Source: Christensenella sp.
GTDB taxonomy: Bacteria > Bacillota > Clostridia > Christensenellales > CAG-138
Reading direction: 5' to 3'
NCBI GenBank assembly: GCA_034926785.1
Contig: JAYFQU010000027.1
Location: forward strand, 11,400 to 75,399
Length of the DNA: 64,000 nucleotides
Shown: positions 8,534 to 19,389 of the stretch, in pieces
How the letters are laid out: every line of letters starts with the position of its first letter
Position numbering within the stretch: the stretch's first letter is position 1
Program-made: the position numbers and the translations under genes
The notes under the pieces: generated by a model
Told to the model about the DNA's origin: nothing
What the model saw: the letters and a program-made list of their open reading frames with translations, nothing else
Databases searched by the model: none

Positions 8534-10381
8534 TTACTTATTGTCGTCTACGACCTCGTAGTCCGCATCGACAACGTCGTCCTTTGGCTGGCTGCCCGCA
8601 TCGGAATAGCCCTGCGCATTGGGATCATACCCCGCGCCGCCCGCCTGCTGCTGCGCCTGTTCATAAACCTTGCCAAAGACGCTGTAGCTTACCTCGGTGA
8701 GGCGCTCCGTCGCGGTCTTGATCATCTCCACGTCGCCGCCTTCTACGGTCTTCTTGAGATCCGCGATGGACTTTTCAATCTGCTCCTTACCGGAGGCGTC
8801 GATCTTGTCGCCCATTTCCTTCAAGCTGCGTTCGGTGGTATAGATCAATTGATCCGCGTGGTTCTTCGTCTCTACCTCTTCCTTGCGCTTCTTATCCTCA
8901 TCCGCAAACTTTTCCGCCTCGTTGACCGCACGCTTGATCTCGTCCTCGTTGAGGTTGGTCGAAGCGGTGATGGTCACGTTCTGCTGGTTGCCCGTGCCAA
9001 GATCCTTGGCGGAAACATGCACGATGCCGTTTGCGTCGATATCAAAGGAGACCTCAATCTGCGGCACGCCACGCGGCGCGGGCGCAATGCCCGTGAGCTG
9101 GAAGCGGCCTAGGGTCTTGTTGCCCTGAACCATGCCGCGCTCACCCTGCAGTACGTGCACTTCGACGCTGGTCTGTCCGTCCGCCGCCGTGGAGAAAATC
9201 TGGCTCTTCTTGGTGGGGATCGTGGTGTTGCGCTCAATGAGCTTCGTGAACACGCCGCCGACGGTCTCAATGCCGAGGGAAAGAGGCGTAACGTCCAGAA
9301 GCAGAATATCCTTTACTTCGCCGCCGAGTACGCCGCCCTGAATCGCCGCGCCGATGGCAACACATTCATCCGGGTTGATGCCCTTAAACGGCTCTTTGCC
9401 GGTGATCTTCTTGACTACGTCCTGCACCAGCGGAATACGAGAGGATCCGCCGACGAGAATGACCTTGTCCACCTGGGAGGCGGAGAGGCCCGCGTCGCTC
9501 AAACACTTCTGCATGAGGGTTCTCGTCTGCTCAACGAGATCGTTGATCAACTCGTTAAACTTTGCGCGCGTGATGGTGATGTCAAGGTGTTTCGGGCCCG
9601 ACTTGTCCATTGTAATGAACGGCAGGTTGATGGTGGTCTGCGCAACGCCGCTCAGGTCGATCTTCGCTTTTTCCGCGGCTTCCTTGAGGCGCTGAAGCGC
9701 CATTTTGTCCTGACGCAGGTCGATGCCGTTGTTCTTCTTAAAGTCGTCGGCAATATAGTCCATGATCAACTGGTCAAAGTCGTCGCCGCCGAGCCGGTTG
9801 TTGCCCGCAGTTGCGAGAACCTGAAATACGCCGTCGCCAATTTCGAGAATCGAAACGTCGAACGTGCCGCCACCAAGGTCATAGACCAGAATTTTCTGGT
9901 TATTCTCTTTATCCATGCCGTAGGCCAGCGCAGCCGCAGTCGGCTCGTTGATGATACGCAGCACCTCAAGGCCCGCGATCCGCCCCGCGTCCTTGGTTGC
10001 CTGACGCTGACTGTCCGTAAAATATGCCGGTACGGTGATCACCGCCTGCGAAACGGTTTCGCCAAGATAGGCTTCCGCATCCGTCTTGAGCTTCTGCAGG
10101 ATCATTGCGGAGATTTCCTGCGGGGTATAGTCCTTGCCCTCGATATGGACCTTGCGGGAAGAACCCATGTCGCGCTTGATCGACGCGATCGTGCGATCCG
10201 GGTTCGTGATGGCCTGGCGTTTTGCGATATTGCCGACCATACGCTCGCCGTCCTTAAACGCTACCACGGAAGGCGTGGTGCGCATGCCTTCGGAATTGGG
10301 GATAACGACAGGTTCGCCGCCTTCGAGAAACGCGACGCAAGAGTTCGTCGTGCCAAGGTCGATGCCAATGATTTTGCCCAT
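8534..10381 (-). CDS. dnaK: Molecular chaperone DnaK (Hsp70)
   Basis: [22 protein letters not shown] and full-length Hsp70 architecture, 615 aa. Confidence 0.98.
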   Translation of the reverse strand: MGKIIGIDLGTTNSCVAFLEGGEPVVIPNSEGMRTTPSVVAFKDGERMVGNIAKRQAITNPDRTIASIKRDMGSSRKVHIEGKDYTPQEISAMILQKLKTDAEAYLGETVSQAVITVPAYFTDSQRQATKDAGRIAGLEVLRIINEPTAAALAYGMDKENNQKILVYDLGGGTFDVSILEIGDGVFQVLATAGNNRLGGDDFDQLIMDYIADDFKKNNGIDLRQDKMALQRLKEAAEKAKIDLSGVAQTTINLPFITMDKSGPKHLDITITRAKFNELINDLVEQTRTLMQKCLSDAGLSASQVDKVILVGGSSRIPLVQDVVKKITGKEPFKGINPDECVAIGAAIQGGVLGGEVKDILLLDVTPLSLGIETVGGVFTKLIERNTTIPTKKSQIFSTAADGQTSVEVHVLQGERGMVQGNKTLGRFQLTGIAPAPRGVPQIEVSFDIDANGIVHVSAKDLGTGNQQNVTITASTNLNEDEIKRAVNEAEKFADEDKKRKEEVETKNHADQLIYTTERSLKEMGDKIDASGKEQIEKSIADLKKTVEGGDVEMIKTATERLTEVSYSVFGKVYEQAQQQAGGAGYDPNAQGYSDAGSQPKDDVVDADYEVVDDNK

Positions 10382-10468
10382 AAGTAATGTTCCTCCAACT
10401 ATTCAATCAAAATATTTCCAAACTTTGGAAAAATGGTTTTCTGTTTTATCTTATCCGTTGCCGGACGT

Positions 10469-11131
10469 TTACTCCGCGACCTTCACCATGCAGTGGCGAA
10501 TGATCTTGTCCCCCATCCGATAGCCCTTTTGAAACACAACAACAATCTCGCCGGGGTCCTTGCCGTCTACCTTTTCCTGCATAACCGCCTCATGCACCGT
10601 AGGATCAAACTTGCAGTCGGTCTCGATTTCCTCAAGGCCAAGCTTTTTCAGCGTTTCCAGCATCTGGCGGTGCACCATCGCGATTCCCTCGCGCCAGCCC
10701 GCGTTCTCCGCCGGAATACTGTCGAGCGCGCGCTCAAGATTGTCCAACGCAGGGAGCAATTCTTTCACCGTGTCCCGCCTGCCCTCCTCGTAGCTGTCGA
10801 GCCGGATGCTTGCGTTTCTGCGGCGGAAATTATCAAAGTCCGCCTGGATCCGCTGCAGGAGATTGACGGTTTCGTCCTTCTCCTTGGTGATCGTCTCAAT
10901 ATGTGCCTTTGCTGCGGCAAACTCCTCCGCCGTCAGCGTATAGCTCTCCTGATCGGCTGCTTCGCTTGCGTTTTTGACAACGGTTTCCGCCTCGGCTGCC
11001 GTGGTCGTCTGCTCCTGCTCTGGGGTCGGCGTTACGGGTTCGTTTTTGTCAGTCTTCTTCGTCAATGTTCCGGTCTCCTTGTCCATTCTCGCGTGAAATG
11101 CATTTTTCAGCCATTCAACGAGGTCATTCAT
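10469..11131 (-). CDS. grpE: Nucleotide exchange factor GrpE
   Basis: Sits between hrcA and dnaK. C-terminal FDPTVHEAVMQE...GYRMGDKIIRHCMVKV is the GrpE signature. Confidence 0.93.
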   Translation of the reverse strand: MNDLVEWLKNAFHARMDKETGTLTKKTDKNEPVTPTPEQEQTTTAAEAETVVKNASEAADQESYTLTAEEFAAAKAHIETITKEKDETVNLLQRIQADFDNFRRRNASIRLDSYEEGRRDTVKELLPALDNLERALDSIPAENAGWREGIAMVHRQMLETLKKLGLEEIETDCKFDPTVHEAVMQEKVDGKDPGEIVVVFQKGYRMGDKIIRHCMVKVAE

Positions 11132-12158
11132 CGTCTAATTCGTTGGTCATGATCTCCGAAAGGCTCATTCGCATGAACTCCAATACAGAGATCACCTTGC
11201 CATAATTCATCCGCGTCGGCCCAATGATGCCAAAGGAGCCGAGCGGTTCGTCCCCAATCTGATAGGTGGCGGTCACAATGCTGCAATCCTTGAGCAGTTC
11301 ATCCTGATTCTCCGCCCCGATGGTGATGGAAAACTCCAGCTTACTCGCACGCTTGAGCAAATCATAGAGCAGGCTTCTGCCCTCCACCGCCGCAAGAAAC
11401 GACTTTGCTTTGTTCACATCGCTGTATTCCGGATAGTGCAGGATATTCGTGGCCCCCGAGAGCTGAACGTTCTGCGTTTCCGGCTCGATCTTGCGCTCTA
11501 TGGCCTCTACGATTGAGCAAAGGAACGCCTTGCGGTCGGAAAGCTCGCCGGCCATCTCGCGTGAAACGCGCTCCGCAATATGATCCATCCGGCAGTCATA
11601 AAACCGTTCGGTCAGCATGCGTGAGATTCGCTCCAACTCACTTGTGGTAATCTCCTCCGGCACACGGATGACGGCATCTCTGGCAAATCCCGCCGTTGTG
11701 ACGATGACAACCAGCGCTCGTCCTTCCCGCAACGGCACAATCTGAATGTGCCGGAGCCGATTTGCCGCCAGCATGGGCGACATAACCATGGCAGTGTAAT
11801 GCGTTACGGCAGATAGCGCATGCGCGGTCTGCTGCATTACGGTCTCTACCTCGTCAAGCTTTGCGCTCATATGCGCGCGGATGAGTTTCACCTCATCGTC
11901 GCTCAGCGTTGCCTTTTGCATCATTTGATCGACATAGAGCCGATACGCTTTGTCCGAAGGAACGCGCCCCGCAGAGGTATGCGGCTGTTCCAGGTAGCCA
12001 AGCTCCTCAAGATCCGCCATCTCGTTGCGAATGGTCGCGCTGGAGAGGCTGAACCCCTCGTGCTTACTGATGGATCGGGAACCGACGGGCGACGCAGAGA
12101 GGATGTATTCATCGATGATCGCCTTTAGAATACCAAGTTTTCTGGCATCAAGCTCCAT
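11124..12158 (-). CDS. hrcA: Heat-inducible transcription repressor HrcA
   Basis: N-terminal ILKAIIDEYILSASPVGSRSISK winged helix. First gene of the dnaK operon, with CIRCE directly upstream. Confidence 0.95.
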   Translation of the reverse strand: MELDARKLGILKAIIDEYILSASPVGSRSISKHEGFSLSSATIRNEMADLEELGYLEQPHTSAGRVPSDKAYRLYVDQMMQKATLSDDEVKLIRAHMSAKLDEVETVMQQTAHALSAVTHYTAMVMSPMLAANRLRHIQIVPLREGRALVVIVTTAGFARDAVIRVPEEITTSELERISRMLTERFYDCRMDHIAERVSREMAGELSDRKAFLCSIVEAIERKIEPETQNVQLSGATNILHYPEYSDVNKAKSFLAAVEGRSLLYDLLKRASKLEFSITIGAENQDELLKDCSIVTATYQIGDEPLGSFGIIGPTRMNYGKVISVLEFMRMSLSEIMTNELDDE

Positions 12159-12203
12159 CCGTTCCGCCTCCTTTCGCGTTCCAAACCGCCTAAATTCCTG
12201 TTG

Positions 12204-12230
12204 TTAGCACTCTATTTTGTCGAGTGCTAA
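12204..12230. promoter_or_regulatory. CIRCE operator (HrcA binding site)
   Basis: TTAGCACTC-tattttgtc-GAGTGCTAA, a perfect match to the consensus TTAGCACTC-N9-GAGTGCTAA, lying between the promoter and the hrcA start. Confidence 0.95.
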
Positions 12231-12241
12231 CCCATGACAAA

Positions 12242-12270
12242 AATTTAGCACCTACAGGCTTTGGTGTCAA
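12242..12270 (-). promoter_or_regulatory. Sigma-A type promoter of the hrcA-grpE-dnaK-dnaJ operon
   Basis: Minus strand reads TTGACA (12265-12270), 17 nt, TAAATT (12242-12247), about 10 nt upstream of CIRCE. Confidence 0.7.
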
Positions 12271-12336
12271 GTAAGTGCTGTATCAAAAATGTGACATTCC
12301 AGTGAATTCACCCCTGTGGTTCTGAGCGCACTCCGA

Positions 12337-13473
12337 TTACATAAAAAATCCAAGCGCTTCGTTTTGCAGGTCCAGCCCCTTGCGATTCAGCGCGATATAA
12401 TTCTCGTTTTCCTCAACCCAGCCCCGCTTTCGAACGGCCTCCATCCCGTCTGGAAACGCGTCCGCCATGTCCACGCCAAAACGAGCGCGAAACGCCGCGC
12501 GATCCACCCCCTGTGTGAGCCTCAGACCAAGCATGACGCACTCAAACATTTCGTCCGCAACGTGTAGCTCGATCGTCTCCGCCAACGGCCGCCTGCCGCG
12601 CGCGAGAAGGCGATCATATTCCTCCAGCGTGTCTACATTTGCCGTACGCGTCCAGCGTTTGTTCCGCACCACCGCGTGCGCAGCCAGACCCAATCCGAGG
12701 TATTCCCCGTTTCGCCAATAGTTCAGGTTGTGGCGGCATTCGTAGCCGGGAAGCGCGAAGTTGCTAATCTCATAGCGATGATATCCGCGCGATTCAAGGT
12801 AGTCAATGCCGGCATCCTGCATGTCCGCGACCAGATCACTATCCGGCAGCTTGATCAGTTTGCTTTCCACGCGCGCATGCAGCGGCGTATGTTTCTCGAG
12901 CGTCAGCGCATAGCTGGAGACGTGCTGCAGGCCGAGGTCACAAACCGCCATGAGCGTTTCCAGATATTGCTCGATGGTCTGCCCGGGCAGGCCGTGCATC
13001 ACGTCCGCATTGATGTTCTCAAAGCCGACCGCTCTCGCATCCCCCAGCGTATCCAGAAATTGCGAATAGGTATGAATCCGGCCAACGCTTTTTAGCAACG
13101 CGTCGTGTGTGCTCTGCAACCCAATCGAAAGACGGTTGATGCCCGCCTTGCGATAGGCCGCGAGGTGTTCGCGCGTCGCTGTGCCCGGGTTGCATTCCAT
13201 CGATTGTTCGGCGTCTTCCGCCACGGGAAACTTCGCGTGGATTTCGCGCAGAATGCGCTCCATCTGCGCGCCCGTGAGGAGGGACGGCGTGCCGCCGCCC
13301 AAAAACACGGTGTCAAACCGAGCGGGATACTCGCCGCGAGAAACAATCTCGATTTCCCGCAACAGCGCGTCGATATACGTCTCCGGCACCCCCGGGGAAG
13401 CAAACGACGCGAAGTCGCAATAGGCACATTTCCTCACGCAAAACGGTATGTGCAGATAAATACCAGCCATCAT
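12337..13473 (-). CDS. hemW: Radical SAM family heme chaperone HemW (oxygen-independent coproporphyrinogen III oxidase-like)
   Basis: IPFCVRKCAYCDF is a CxxxCxxC radical SAM motif. 378 aa. Conserved lepA-hemW adjacency. Confidence 0.9.
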   Translation of the reverse strand: MMAGIYLHIPFCVRKCAYCDFASFASPGVPETYIDALLREIEIVSRGEYPARFDTVFLGGGTPSLLTGAQMERILREIHAKFPVAEDAEQSMECNPGTATREHLAAYRKAGINRLSIGLQSTHDALLKSVGRIHTYSQFLDTLGDARAVGFENINADVMHGLPGQTIEQYLETLMAVCDLGLQHVSSYALTLEKHTPLHARVESKLIKLPDSDLVADMQDAGIDYLESRGYHRYEISNFALPGYECRHNLNYWRNGEYLGLGLAAHAVVRNKRWTRTANVDTLEEYDRLLARGRRPLAETIELHVADEMFECVMLGLRLTQGVDRAAFRARFGVDMADAFPDGMEAVRKRGWVEENENYIALNRKGLDLQNEALGFFM

Positions 13474-15276
13474 TTAATTGATGCGCAGCACGCTCATAAA
13501 CGCGTCGCTCGGCAGCGACACGCTGCCAACCTGGCGCATGCGCTTCTTGCCTTCCTTCTGTTTTTCCAGCAGTTTCTTTTTGCGCGTGATATCGCCGCCG
13601 TAGCACTTCGCTAAAACGTCCTTTCGCACGGCGCGGACGGTTTCGCGGGCGATGATTTTCCCTCCGATGGCAGCTTGAATCGGGATTTCAAACTGTTGGC
13701 GCGGGATAACCTCGCAGAGCTTCTCGGCGACGGCGCGCCCCTTGGCGTAAGCGCGATCGCGATGCACAATGGTGCTCAGCGCGTCGCACATATCCCCGTT
13801 GAGCAGAAAATCGACCTTGACCAGATCGCTCTTTTCATACCCCTTTAGCTCATAGTCAAACGAAGCATATCCCCTGCTCCTGCTCTTGAGCTGATCAAAA
13901 AAATCGTAGATGATCTCGTTGAGCGGAAGCGTATAGTGCAGTCGAACGCGCGTCGCCTCGATATAGTTCATGTCGATAAAGACCCCGCGCCGCTCCTGGC
14001 AAATCTCCATGATGGAGCCGACGTACTCCGCAGGCGTCATGATGGTTGCGTTGACCACGGGCTCTTCCAGCGTTTCAATCTCCGTTACGGCAGGCATGTT
14101 GGACGGGTTGTCCAGCATGATCTCTTCACCGGTGGTGAGCTTGAGCTTATAGATAACGCTCGGAGCGGTGGTCACTAGATCAAGATCAAACTCCCTCTCC
14201 AAACGCTCCTGAATAATCTCCATGTGCAGTAACCCCAGAAAGCCGCAGCGAAAGCCGTAGCCCAGAGCGCTGCTCGTCTCCTGCTCGTAGGAGAGCGAAG
14301 CGTCGTTGAGCTTAAGTTTGTCGAGCGCATCCCGGAGATCTTCATATTGCGCGCCGTCCGCCGGATAGATGCCGCAGAACACCATCGGGTTCGCCTGCTT
14401 ATAGCCGGGCAGCGGCTTTGCGGCCGGTTTGTCCGCGGTCGTGATCGTGTCGCCGACCTTGGTTTCCGCTACGCTCTTGATGGAGGCGGCGATATAGCCA
14501 ACCTCGCCCGCCGTGAGCTCATCCACAGCCATCGGCGCGGGCGTAAACACCCCCACCTCGGTCACTTCAAATTCATGGCCCGTCGCCATGGAGCGAATGC
14601 GCATACCCGATGTCACCGTTCCGTCAAACACGCGGACATAGGAGAGCGCGCCTTTATAGTTATCATAGATGCAGTCAAACACCAGCGCGGTCAACGGCGC
14701 CTCCGGGTCTCCCACGGGCGGCGGAACCTGCGCGACCACGGCGGAGAGCACCTCGTTGACATTCAATCCGCTTTTTGCGGAAATCTTCGGTGCGGAATGC
14801 GCCTCAATGCCAATGATATCCTCGATTTCCTGCGCGGTACGTTCCGGCTCCGCGCTCGGCAGATCGATCTTGTTGATCACCGGCACGACCTCCAAGCCGT
14901 TATCCACGGCGAGGTACACGTTCGCCAGCGTCTGCGCCTCGATTCCCTGCGTCGCATCAACGACGAGCACAGCGCCCTCACAGGCGGCCAGAGCGCGGCT
15001 GACCTCATAGGTGAAGTCCACATGCCCCGGCGTGTCAATCAGATTAAACATATAGCGCTTGCCGTCCGTGTGCGTATAGAACATGCGCACGGCGGAGGAT
15101 TTGATGGTAATGCCGCGCTCGCGTTCAATATCCATGGAGTCGAGCAGTTGCTCCGCCATGTCCCGCGCGGCAACGGTGTCCGTAAGCTCCATCATGCGGT
15201 CGGCAAGCGTCGACTTACCGTGGTCTATATGCGCAATAATGGAGAAATTTCTAATCAATTCATTGGGATATGCCAT
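13474..15276 (-). CDS. lepA: Translation elongation factor 4 (LepA)
   Basis: [21 protein letters not shown]1 motif and DTPGHVDF. Start trimmed to ATG 15276 ([11 protein letters not shown]) behind GGGAGGGAA; the 74-codon upstream extension has no homology logic. Confidence 0.96.
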   Translation of the reverse strand: MAYPNELIRNFSIIAHIDHGKSTLADRMMELTDTVAARDMAEQLLDSMDIERERGITIKSSAVRMFYTHTDGKRYMFNLIDTPGHVDFTYEVSRALAACEGAVLVVDATQGIEAQTLANVYLAVDNGLEVVPVINKIDLPSAEPERTAQEIEDIIGIEAHSAPKISAKSGLNVNEVLSAVVAQVPPPVGDPEAPLTALVFDCIYDNYKGALSYVRVFDGTVTSGMRIRSMATGHEFEVTEVGVFTPAPMAVDELTAGEVGYIAASIKSVAETKVGDTITTADKPAAKPLPGYKQANPMVFCGIYPADGAQYEDLRDALDKLKLNDASLSYEQETSSALGYGFRCGFLGLLHMEIIQERLEREFDLDLVTTAPSVIYKLKLTTGEEIMLDNPSNMPAVTEIETLEEPVVNATIMTPAEYVGSIMEICQERRGVFIDMNYIEATRVRLHYTLPLNEIIYDFFDQLKSRSRGYASFDYELKGYEKSDLVKVDFLLNGDMCDALSTIVHRDRAYAKGRAVAEKLCEVIPRQQFEIPIQAAIGGKIIARETVRAVRKDVLAKCYGGDITRKKKLLEKQKEGKKRMRQVGSVSLPSDAFMSVLRIN

Positions 15277-15400
15277 ATGGTTCCCTCCCGTATTTCGGGT
15301 ATCATCATACTGTATCCGCCGCCGGAATGCAAGAATCAGCATACAGAAACGCAAGCGCGGCGGCGCTTGGTTCAGCGCCGCCGCGTGATGATCCTGCGAT

Positions 15401-17233
15401 TTATTCGATTGGCCTTCTGGCGACGACGAAGTTTCTGCGCCAGTAGCTGGTCTTTGCGCCTCTTCGCACAACCTTGCCGTTTGCGGAGGAAGCGTCAATC
15501 ATCTCACCGCCGCCGATATAGATGCCCATGTGACCGATCGTGCTGCTATCGTCCGAACGGAAGAATAGCAAATCACCGCGCTGCACATCGTTCAGACTTG
15601 AGATTTTCTTCCAGCTGGAAGTCTTGGAAAAGCCCGCCGCATTCAAGCGCCGCGTATATACGTTTACCTGCCGCAGGCAATAATACGCCAACCCGGAGCA
15701 GTCAAAGGAATCCGGGCCGCTCTTGCCGAGGATATAGGTGTCGCCCAGCTGTTTCTTCGCGATGGAAATCAGCTTATCAATGCGCCCTTCGGCAGACGAA
15801 GCTCTCGCAAGCGCGGCTTGCTTTTTCTTCTCTTTAATGATTTCCTGCTCTTTGGTGTAGGAAACACGCGCGTCCGGCGAGTTTATCGTTTCAATGGTCA
15901 TTTCCCCGGCTTTGCCATCTTTTGTCAAATCATTTCTATTTTGAAACTTCTTTACGGCTTCGACCGTATCCGTGCCATAATATCCCGTCACCTGATTGCT
16001 TTCCAAATATCCAAGCTCTACCAGCTGATTCTGAAACGACTCGATATCCGATCCTTCCGCGCCTTCCAGCATAACATAGGGTTTGGCTTCCTCGGCGTAG
16101 ATCATCCCTATTGTGTCCGTGCCGCAGATTCCATCCTGCTGCAGTTCGTGCTGCCGTTGAAAGAGTTTAACGGCCTCCTTGGTCGCGTTGCCAAAATAGC
16201 TCGTCGGTTCGTCGATGGCGAGATAGCCAAGCTCCATCAGCCGCTTCTGCAACGCCATAACATCCTCGCCTTCCGCGCCCTTCTCGATGCGGATTTCCGG
16301 CGTAGGACTCGGCGTGGGTTCCGGGGTTGCGGTGGTGGCAACTACGGTTGGAACCGGCGTTGCCAGCGCAAGCGCGGCGGTGAGCTCCTCCGCTTTCTTA
16401 TGACGGCTGCCGGAGACGGCGACGATGACGACGATACAGACCAATACAAATCCGCTCGCGGCGCCGAGAAAAACCTTCATGTGTTTTTCCATAAGATAGA
16501 GCGAACGCAGAAAGCGTTTCAGCCAGGCGACGAAGCGCTGCTGAACCGTATTTTTCTTGGTCGACGACTTTTTAGACTTAGGCCCGCCGCCATCAAAACC
16601 GCCGCCCGAAGGCGCGCCGTTTCTCGGCGGGTTACCGCTGCCGCCGGAACCGCCGTTTTGATATTGAATCCTTGTGGACTGCGCGCCGCTGCTACCGGAA
16701 GCGTAACTTCTGGAGGAGTTATTTGGCGCGCTTGCTCCACTTCCAGCGGAACCGCTACTCTGCCCCGGATTCTTGGGGGCAGAGCCGCTGCCGCTTGAAC
16801 CGTTTGGGTTAGGCGAATCATGATTCGGATTTAGGTAGTTTGTTTTCCCCGCGGCCACCTGGTAGTTGCTTCGAATTTGCGTCGGGTTGCTCGCGTTCGT
16901 CCCTGCATATTCCACGGAATCACGTCCGCGCGTTACCCCGCTGTTTGCGGGCGCAAACATGCCCCCGGCAATCGTATCGGCCAGCTTGGCCTCACGCGCA
17001 GAATGTGCCGAATTTCTATTTGTCGCTTGATGTGGGTAAGCGTTCCCAGCGCTGGGTTTCACGTCGGAATTGACGCTATTCGCGGATGCGTAACCATAGG
17101 ATGAATACGCACCATTCCTGTCGAACAAAACACAATTGCGCGGATCTGGTTGACCATACGATCCGTTTCCATGTGCGCCTGAATTTTGTTGCGAATTCAT
17201 GCCGGGATTCGAGCCAGTCTTGTAAAAATCCAT
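15401..17233 (-). CDS. NlpC/P60 (C40) cell-wall peptidase with two PG_binding_1 domains, one TM helix and a ~250-aa low-complexity N-terminus
   Basis: C-terminal [14 protein letters not shown]...GHMGIYIG matches the NlpC/P60 Cys-His pattern. Two [10 protein letters not shown] / [10 protein letters not shown] peptidoglycan-binding repeats. The N-terminal part is rich in S/G/N/P. Confidence 0.88.
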   Translation of the reverse strand: MDFYKTGSNPGMNSQQNSGAHGNGSYGQPDPRNCVLFDRNGAYSSYGYASANSVNSDVKPSAGNAYPHQATNRNSAHSAREAKLADTIAGGMFAPANSGVTRGRDSVEYAGTNASNPTQIRSNYQVAAGKTNYLNPNHDSPNPNGSSGSGSAPKNPGQSSGSAGSGASAPNNSSRSYASGSSGAQSTRIQYQNGGSGGSGNPPRNGAPSGGGFDGGGPKSKKSSTKKNTVQQRFVAWLKRFLRSLYLMEKHMKVFLGAASGFVLVCIVVIVAVSGSRHKKAEELTAALALATPVPTVVATTATPEPTPSPTPEIRIEKGAEGEDVMALQKRLMELGYLAIDEPTSYFGNATKEAVKLFQRQHELQQDGICGTDTIGMIYAEEAKPYVMLEGAEGSDIESFQNQLVELGYLESNQVTGYYGTDTVEAVKKFQNRNDLTKDGKAGEMTIETINSPDARVSYTKEQEIIKEKKKQAALARASSAEGRIDKLISIAKKQLGDTYILGKSGPDSFDCSGLAYYCLRQVNVYTRRLNAAGFSKTSSWKKISSLNDVQRGDLLFFRSDDSSTIGHMGIYIGGGEMIDASSANGKVVRRGAKTSYWRRNFVVARRPIE

Positions 17234-17411
17234 AGTATTCTCCTAAGAGAAAATTCTAAGGAAAGCGAACTCATTTTGCAATAGCAAACTAAATATTGTA
17301 ATACATTGTTCAAGATTATGTGCTCTGGCACAACATATAGTATTAAGAATCTTGCCTGCGCACATGCGCCCAGCCTCAAATATGAACCCAGTCTGTCGAT
17401 TGTGAAGAAAC

Positions 17412-17439
17412 GAACGCTCCGGCGTTTGCCGGAGCGTTC
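17412..17439 (-). terminator. Stem-loop downstream of cysK (probable terminator, weak T-tract)
   Basis: GAACGCTCCGGC-gttt-GCCGGAGCGTTC, a perfect 12-bp stem about 30 nt after the cysK stop. Confidence 0.6.
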
Positions 17440-17469
17440 AAAAAGTCAATTGAGTTTTATGCGATTTAT

Positions 17470-18393
17470 TCAGTCAAACAGCTGGGTGGAAAGATAACGT
17501 TCTCCCGTATCCGGCAAAATAACAACGATGTCCGCCTGACGCAGTTCCGCTTCACGCGCGCATTCCACGGCGGCCACGAGCGCCGCGCCGCTGGAAATCC
17601 CACAGAGGATGCCCTCGCTTTTCATGAAAAGACGCGCCATCTCCAATGAATCCGCCGTCGTGATGGACATGATTTCGTCCACCACATTGCGGTCAAAATT
17701 CTTTGGCACAAAGTTTGCGCCAATTCCCTGTATGCCGTGAGAATTCGCCGCGCCGCCCGTGAGCACGGGCGACTCCGCCGGCTGAACCGCAATAACGCGA
17801 ACAGCGGGGTTCTGCCGTTTAAGATAACGTCCCGCGCCGCTTACTGTTCCGCCGGTTCCAACACCCGCAACGAGAGCATCCACATGCCCCTTTGTGTCCC
17901 GCCAAATCTCCGGGCCGGTGGTCGCCTCGTGCGCGGCGGGATTGTCCGGATTATCAAACTGCAGCAGCCATACGCTGTTTGGGATGTTGCGGCGCAGCTC
18001 CTCCGCCTTTGCATTTGCGCCGGCCATACCGCGAGAACCCTCCGTCAGCACAATCTCCACGCCAAGCGCGGTTAGAATCTTCCTGCGCTCCAAGCTCATA
18101 TTGTCCGGCATGGTGAGCACAACATGATAGCCACATGCCGCGGCGACTACGCCGAGGCCTACGCCGGTATTTCCGCTCGTGGATTCAATCAGTGTCGCAC
18201 CCGGTTTTAGCTCGCCCCGCTGTTCCGCCGCCCGGATCATGTTCCATGCGATCCGATCCTTGGAACTGCCGCCGGGATTATGGCTCTCCAGCTTAACCAG
18301 TATTTTTGCCGTCAACCCGCAGGCTTGTTCAAACCTTGCCGCCCGCATCAGCGGCGTATTGCCGATGAGCTCCGTTGCATTGGCATAGATCAT
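17470..18393 (-). CDS. cysK: Cysteine synthase A (O-acetylserine sulfhydrylase)
   Basis: LESHNPGGSSKDRIA is the PLP-lysine motif; also GTGGTVSG. 307 aa. Confidence 0.95.
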   Translation of the reverse strand: MIYANATELIGNTPLMRAARFEQACGLTAKILVKLESHNPGGSSKDRIAWNMIRAAEQRGELKPGATLIESTSGNTGVGLGVVAAACGYHVVLTMPDNMSLERRKILTALGVEIVLTEGSRGMAGANAKAEELRRNIPNSVWLLQFDNPDNPAAHEATTGPEIWRDTKGHVDALVAGVGTGGTVSGAGRYLKRQNPAVRVIAVQPAESPVLTGGAANSHGIQGIGANFVPKNFDRNVVDEIMSITTADSLEMARLFMKSEGILCGISSGAALVAAVECAREAELRQADIVVILPDTGERYLSTQLFD

Positions 18394-19190
18394 TTTCCCG
18401 TTGCCTCCACCGCCGCCTGCATGACCGCCTTCGGCGTCGTATCATCATTTTCGACCCGGACATATGGTTTTCCCGGCGGGAGAAAACGCTCGCGCTGCGA
18501 TGGGCTGAGCCGTTCAAAGGCATAGTTGTCGTCCACAACAACGAGGCGCGCCATGATGCCTTGTACGGAGAGCATGTCGCCCGCCTTTTGAATGAGCGCC
18601 TGATGATCTCTTTTTGCAATCAAAACCACATCAGGTCCGTTTTTTGGCTCGCGAAGGATTTCTGCGCAAACCGGCAGCATCGCATTCTCCGGCGAAAAAA
18701 GTTTTGTTTTCAGCAGCACCAATCCAAGTGCGGTTGCCGCAGCCGCGCCAACCAAGCATTGCATGGCGTTAAACGCGATATTCGGGATGGCAGCGGCCGG
18801 CCCGTAAAGCAACGTCTCATACAGGAAATAGCCCAATGGAACGATCAACGCGGCAAGAAAAAGAAACGCATAGCGAATCTGCTTATCCGTCTTTGCAAAG
18901 AGCAGCCCGGCGACGAACGCTACAGCGCCTTTGATGAGAAACGTAGCCGGCGCATAGACGCCCCAGCCAAGTAAAATATCCGAGAGCGCAGAAGCAGCGC
19001 CCGCGCAGAGCGCACCCCAGCCGCCGCCAAGAAGCATTCCCGCGAGAAGCACGCCGGCGTCGCCGAGATTTATGTATCCCAGCCCGCCGGGCATCGGGAT
19101 GGAGACCAGCGTGGTGAGCAGCACAATTGCCGCCGCGAGCACGCCCGCCGTGGTCAGACGTTTGATGGATTGCGTTGTTTTCGTGTGCAT
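18390..19190 (-). CDS. ECF-transporter S-component-like membrane protein fused to a ~95-aa transketolase-C-terminal-like remnant
   Basis: The N-terminal ~165 aa hold 5-6 TM helices with the S-component-like INLGDAGVLLAG. The C-terminal tail EILREPKNGPDVVLIA...GIMARLVVVDDNYAFERLSPSQRERFLPPG resembles the transketolase C-terminal domain. ATGA overlap with cysK. Confidence 0.6.
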   Translation of the reverse strand: MHTKTTQSIKRLTTAGVLAAAIVLLTTLVSIPMPGGLGYINLGDAGVLLAGMLLGGGWGALCAGAASALSDILLGWGVYAPATFLIKGAVAFVAGLLFAKTDKQIRYAFLFLAALIVPLGYFLYETLLYGPAAAIPNIAFNAMQCLVGAAAATALGLVLLKTKLFSPENAMLPVCAEILREPKNGPDVVLIAKRDHQALIQKAGDMLSVQGIMARLVVVDDNYAFERLSPSQRERFLPPGKPYVRVENDDTTPKAVMQAAVEATGK

Positions 19191-19389
19191 ATTTCAATTT
19201 CCTCCGTGGTTTTGCAAAACACCTTGACTGAAAAATGCCCGTGCATTTTCCCGTTTCTGCGTCATATGATCGGGCAAACGCGAACCGCCGGTGTTTGATG
19301 GCTTAACTTGCTAAAACTTTTCTCCATTATACGCAAGTTCGGCAAAAATGCAAACCCGGAACCCTGTTTTCCGTGGTTTGTCTGTAGCT

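Noticed and set aside
7484-9112. 542-aa plus-strand ORF, with a 410-aa ORF at 9155-10387
   Set aside because: Both lie antisense to dnaJ and dnaK, whose identities are unambiguous. Long antisense ORFs are expected in high-GC coding DNA, and their products are low-complexity and Arg/Ala-rich.
12245-12280. Second CIRCE-like element (TTAGCAC...AGTGCTG) upstream of the perfect one
   Set aside because: The arms are only 7 nt, the spacing is 22 nt instead of 9, and the stretch overlaps the -35/-10 of the promoter. It is probably chance similarity or a degenerate relic.
15277-15498. Upstream extension of lepA. Similar extensions affect glmS (58548-58691), trpB (59995-60372), the racemase (41723-41812), GGGtGRT (21611-21727) and the ABC-2 permease (33113-33256).
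   Set aside because: In each case an internal ATG with a good RBS coincides with the conserved protein N-terminus. The extensions cover promoters, leaders or neighbouring genes.
14347-15837. 496-aa plus-strand ORF
   Set aside because: It is antisense to lepA and to the 3' end of the NlpC/P60 gene. Its composition is Arg-rich with no recognisable motifs.
17234-17411. c-di-AMP (ydaO-type) riboswitch upstream of the NlpC/P60 gene
   Set aside because: Such riboswitches often precede cell-wall hydrolase genes, but this leader is AT-rich and lacks the conserved ydaO helices and ACGGGG/CCGA-type segments.
19191-19389. Riboswitch (SAM, TPP, preQ1, THF) in the leader of the S-component/cysK operon
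   Set aside because: None of the class-defining conserved segments is present. Only a weak AU-rich hairpin plus U-run can be drawn.
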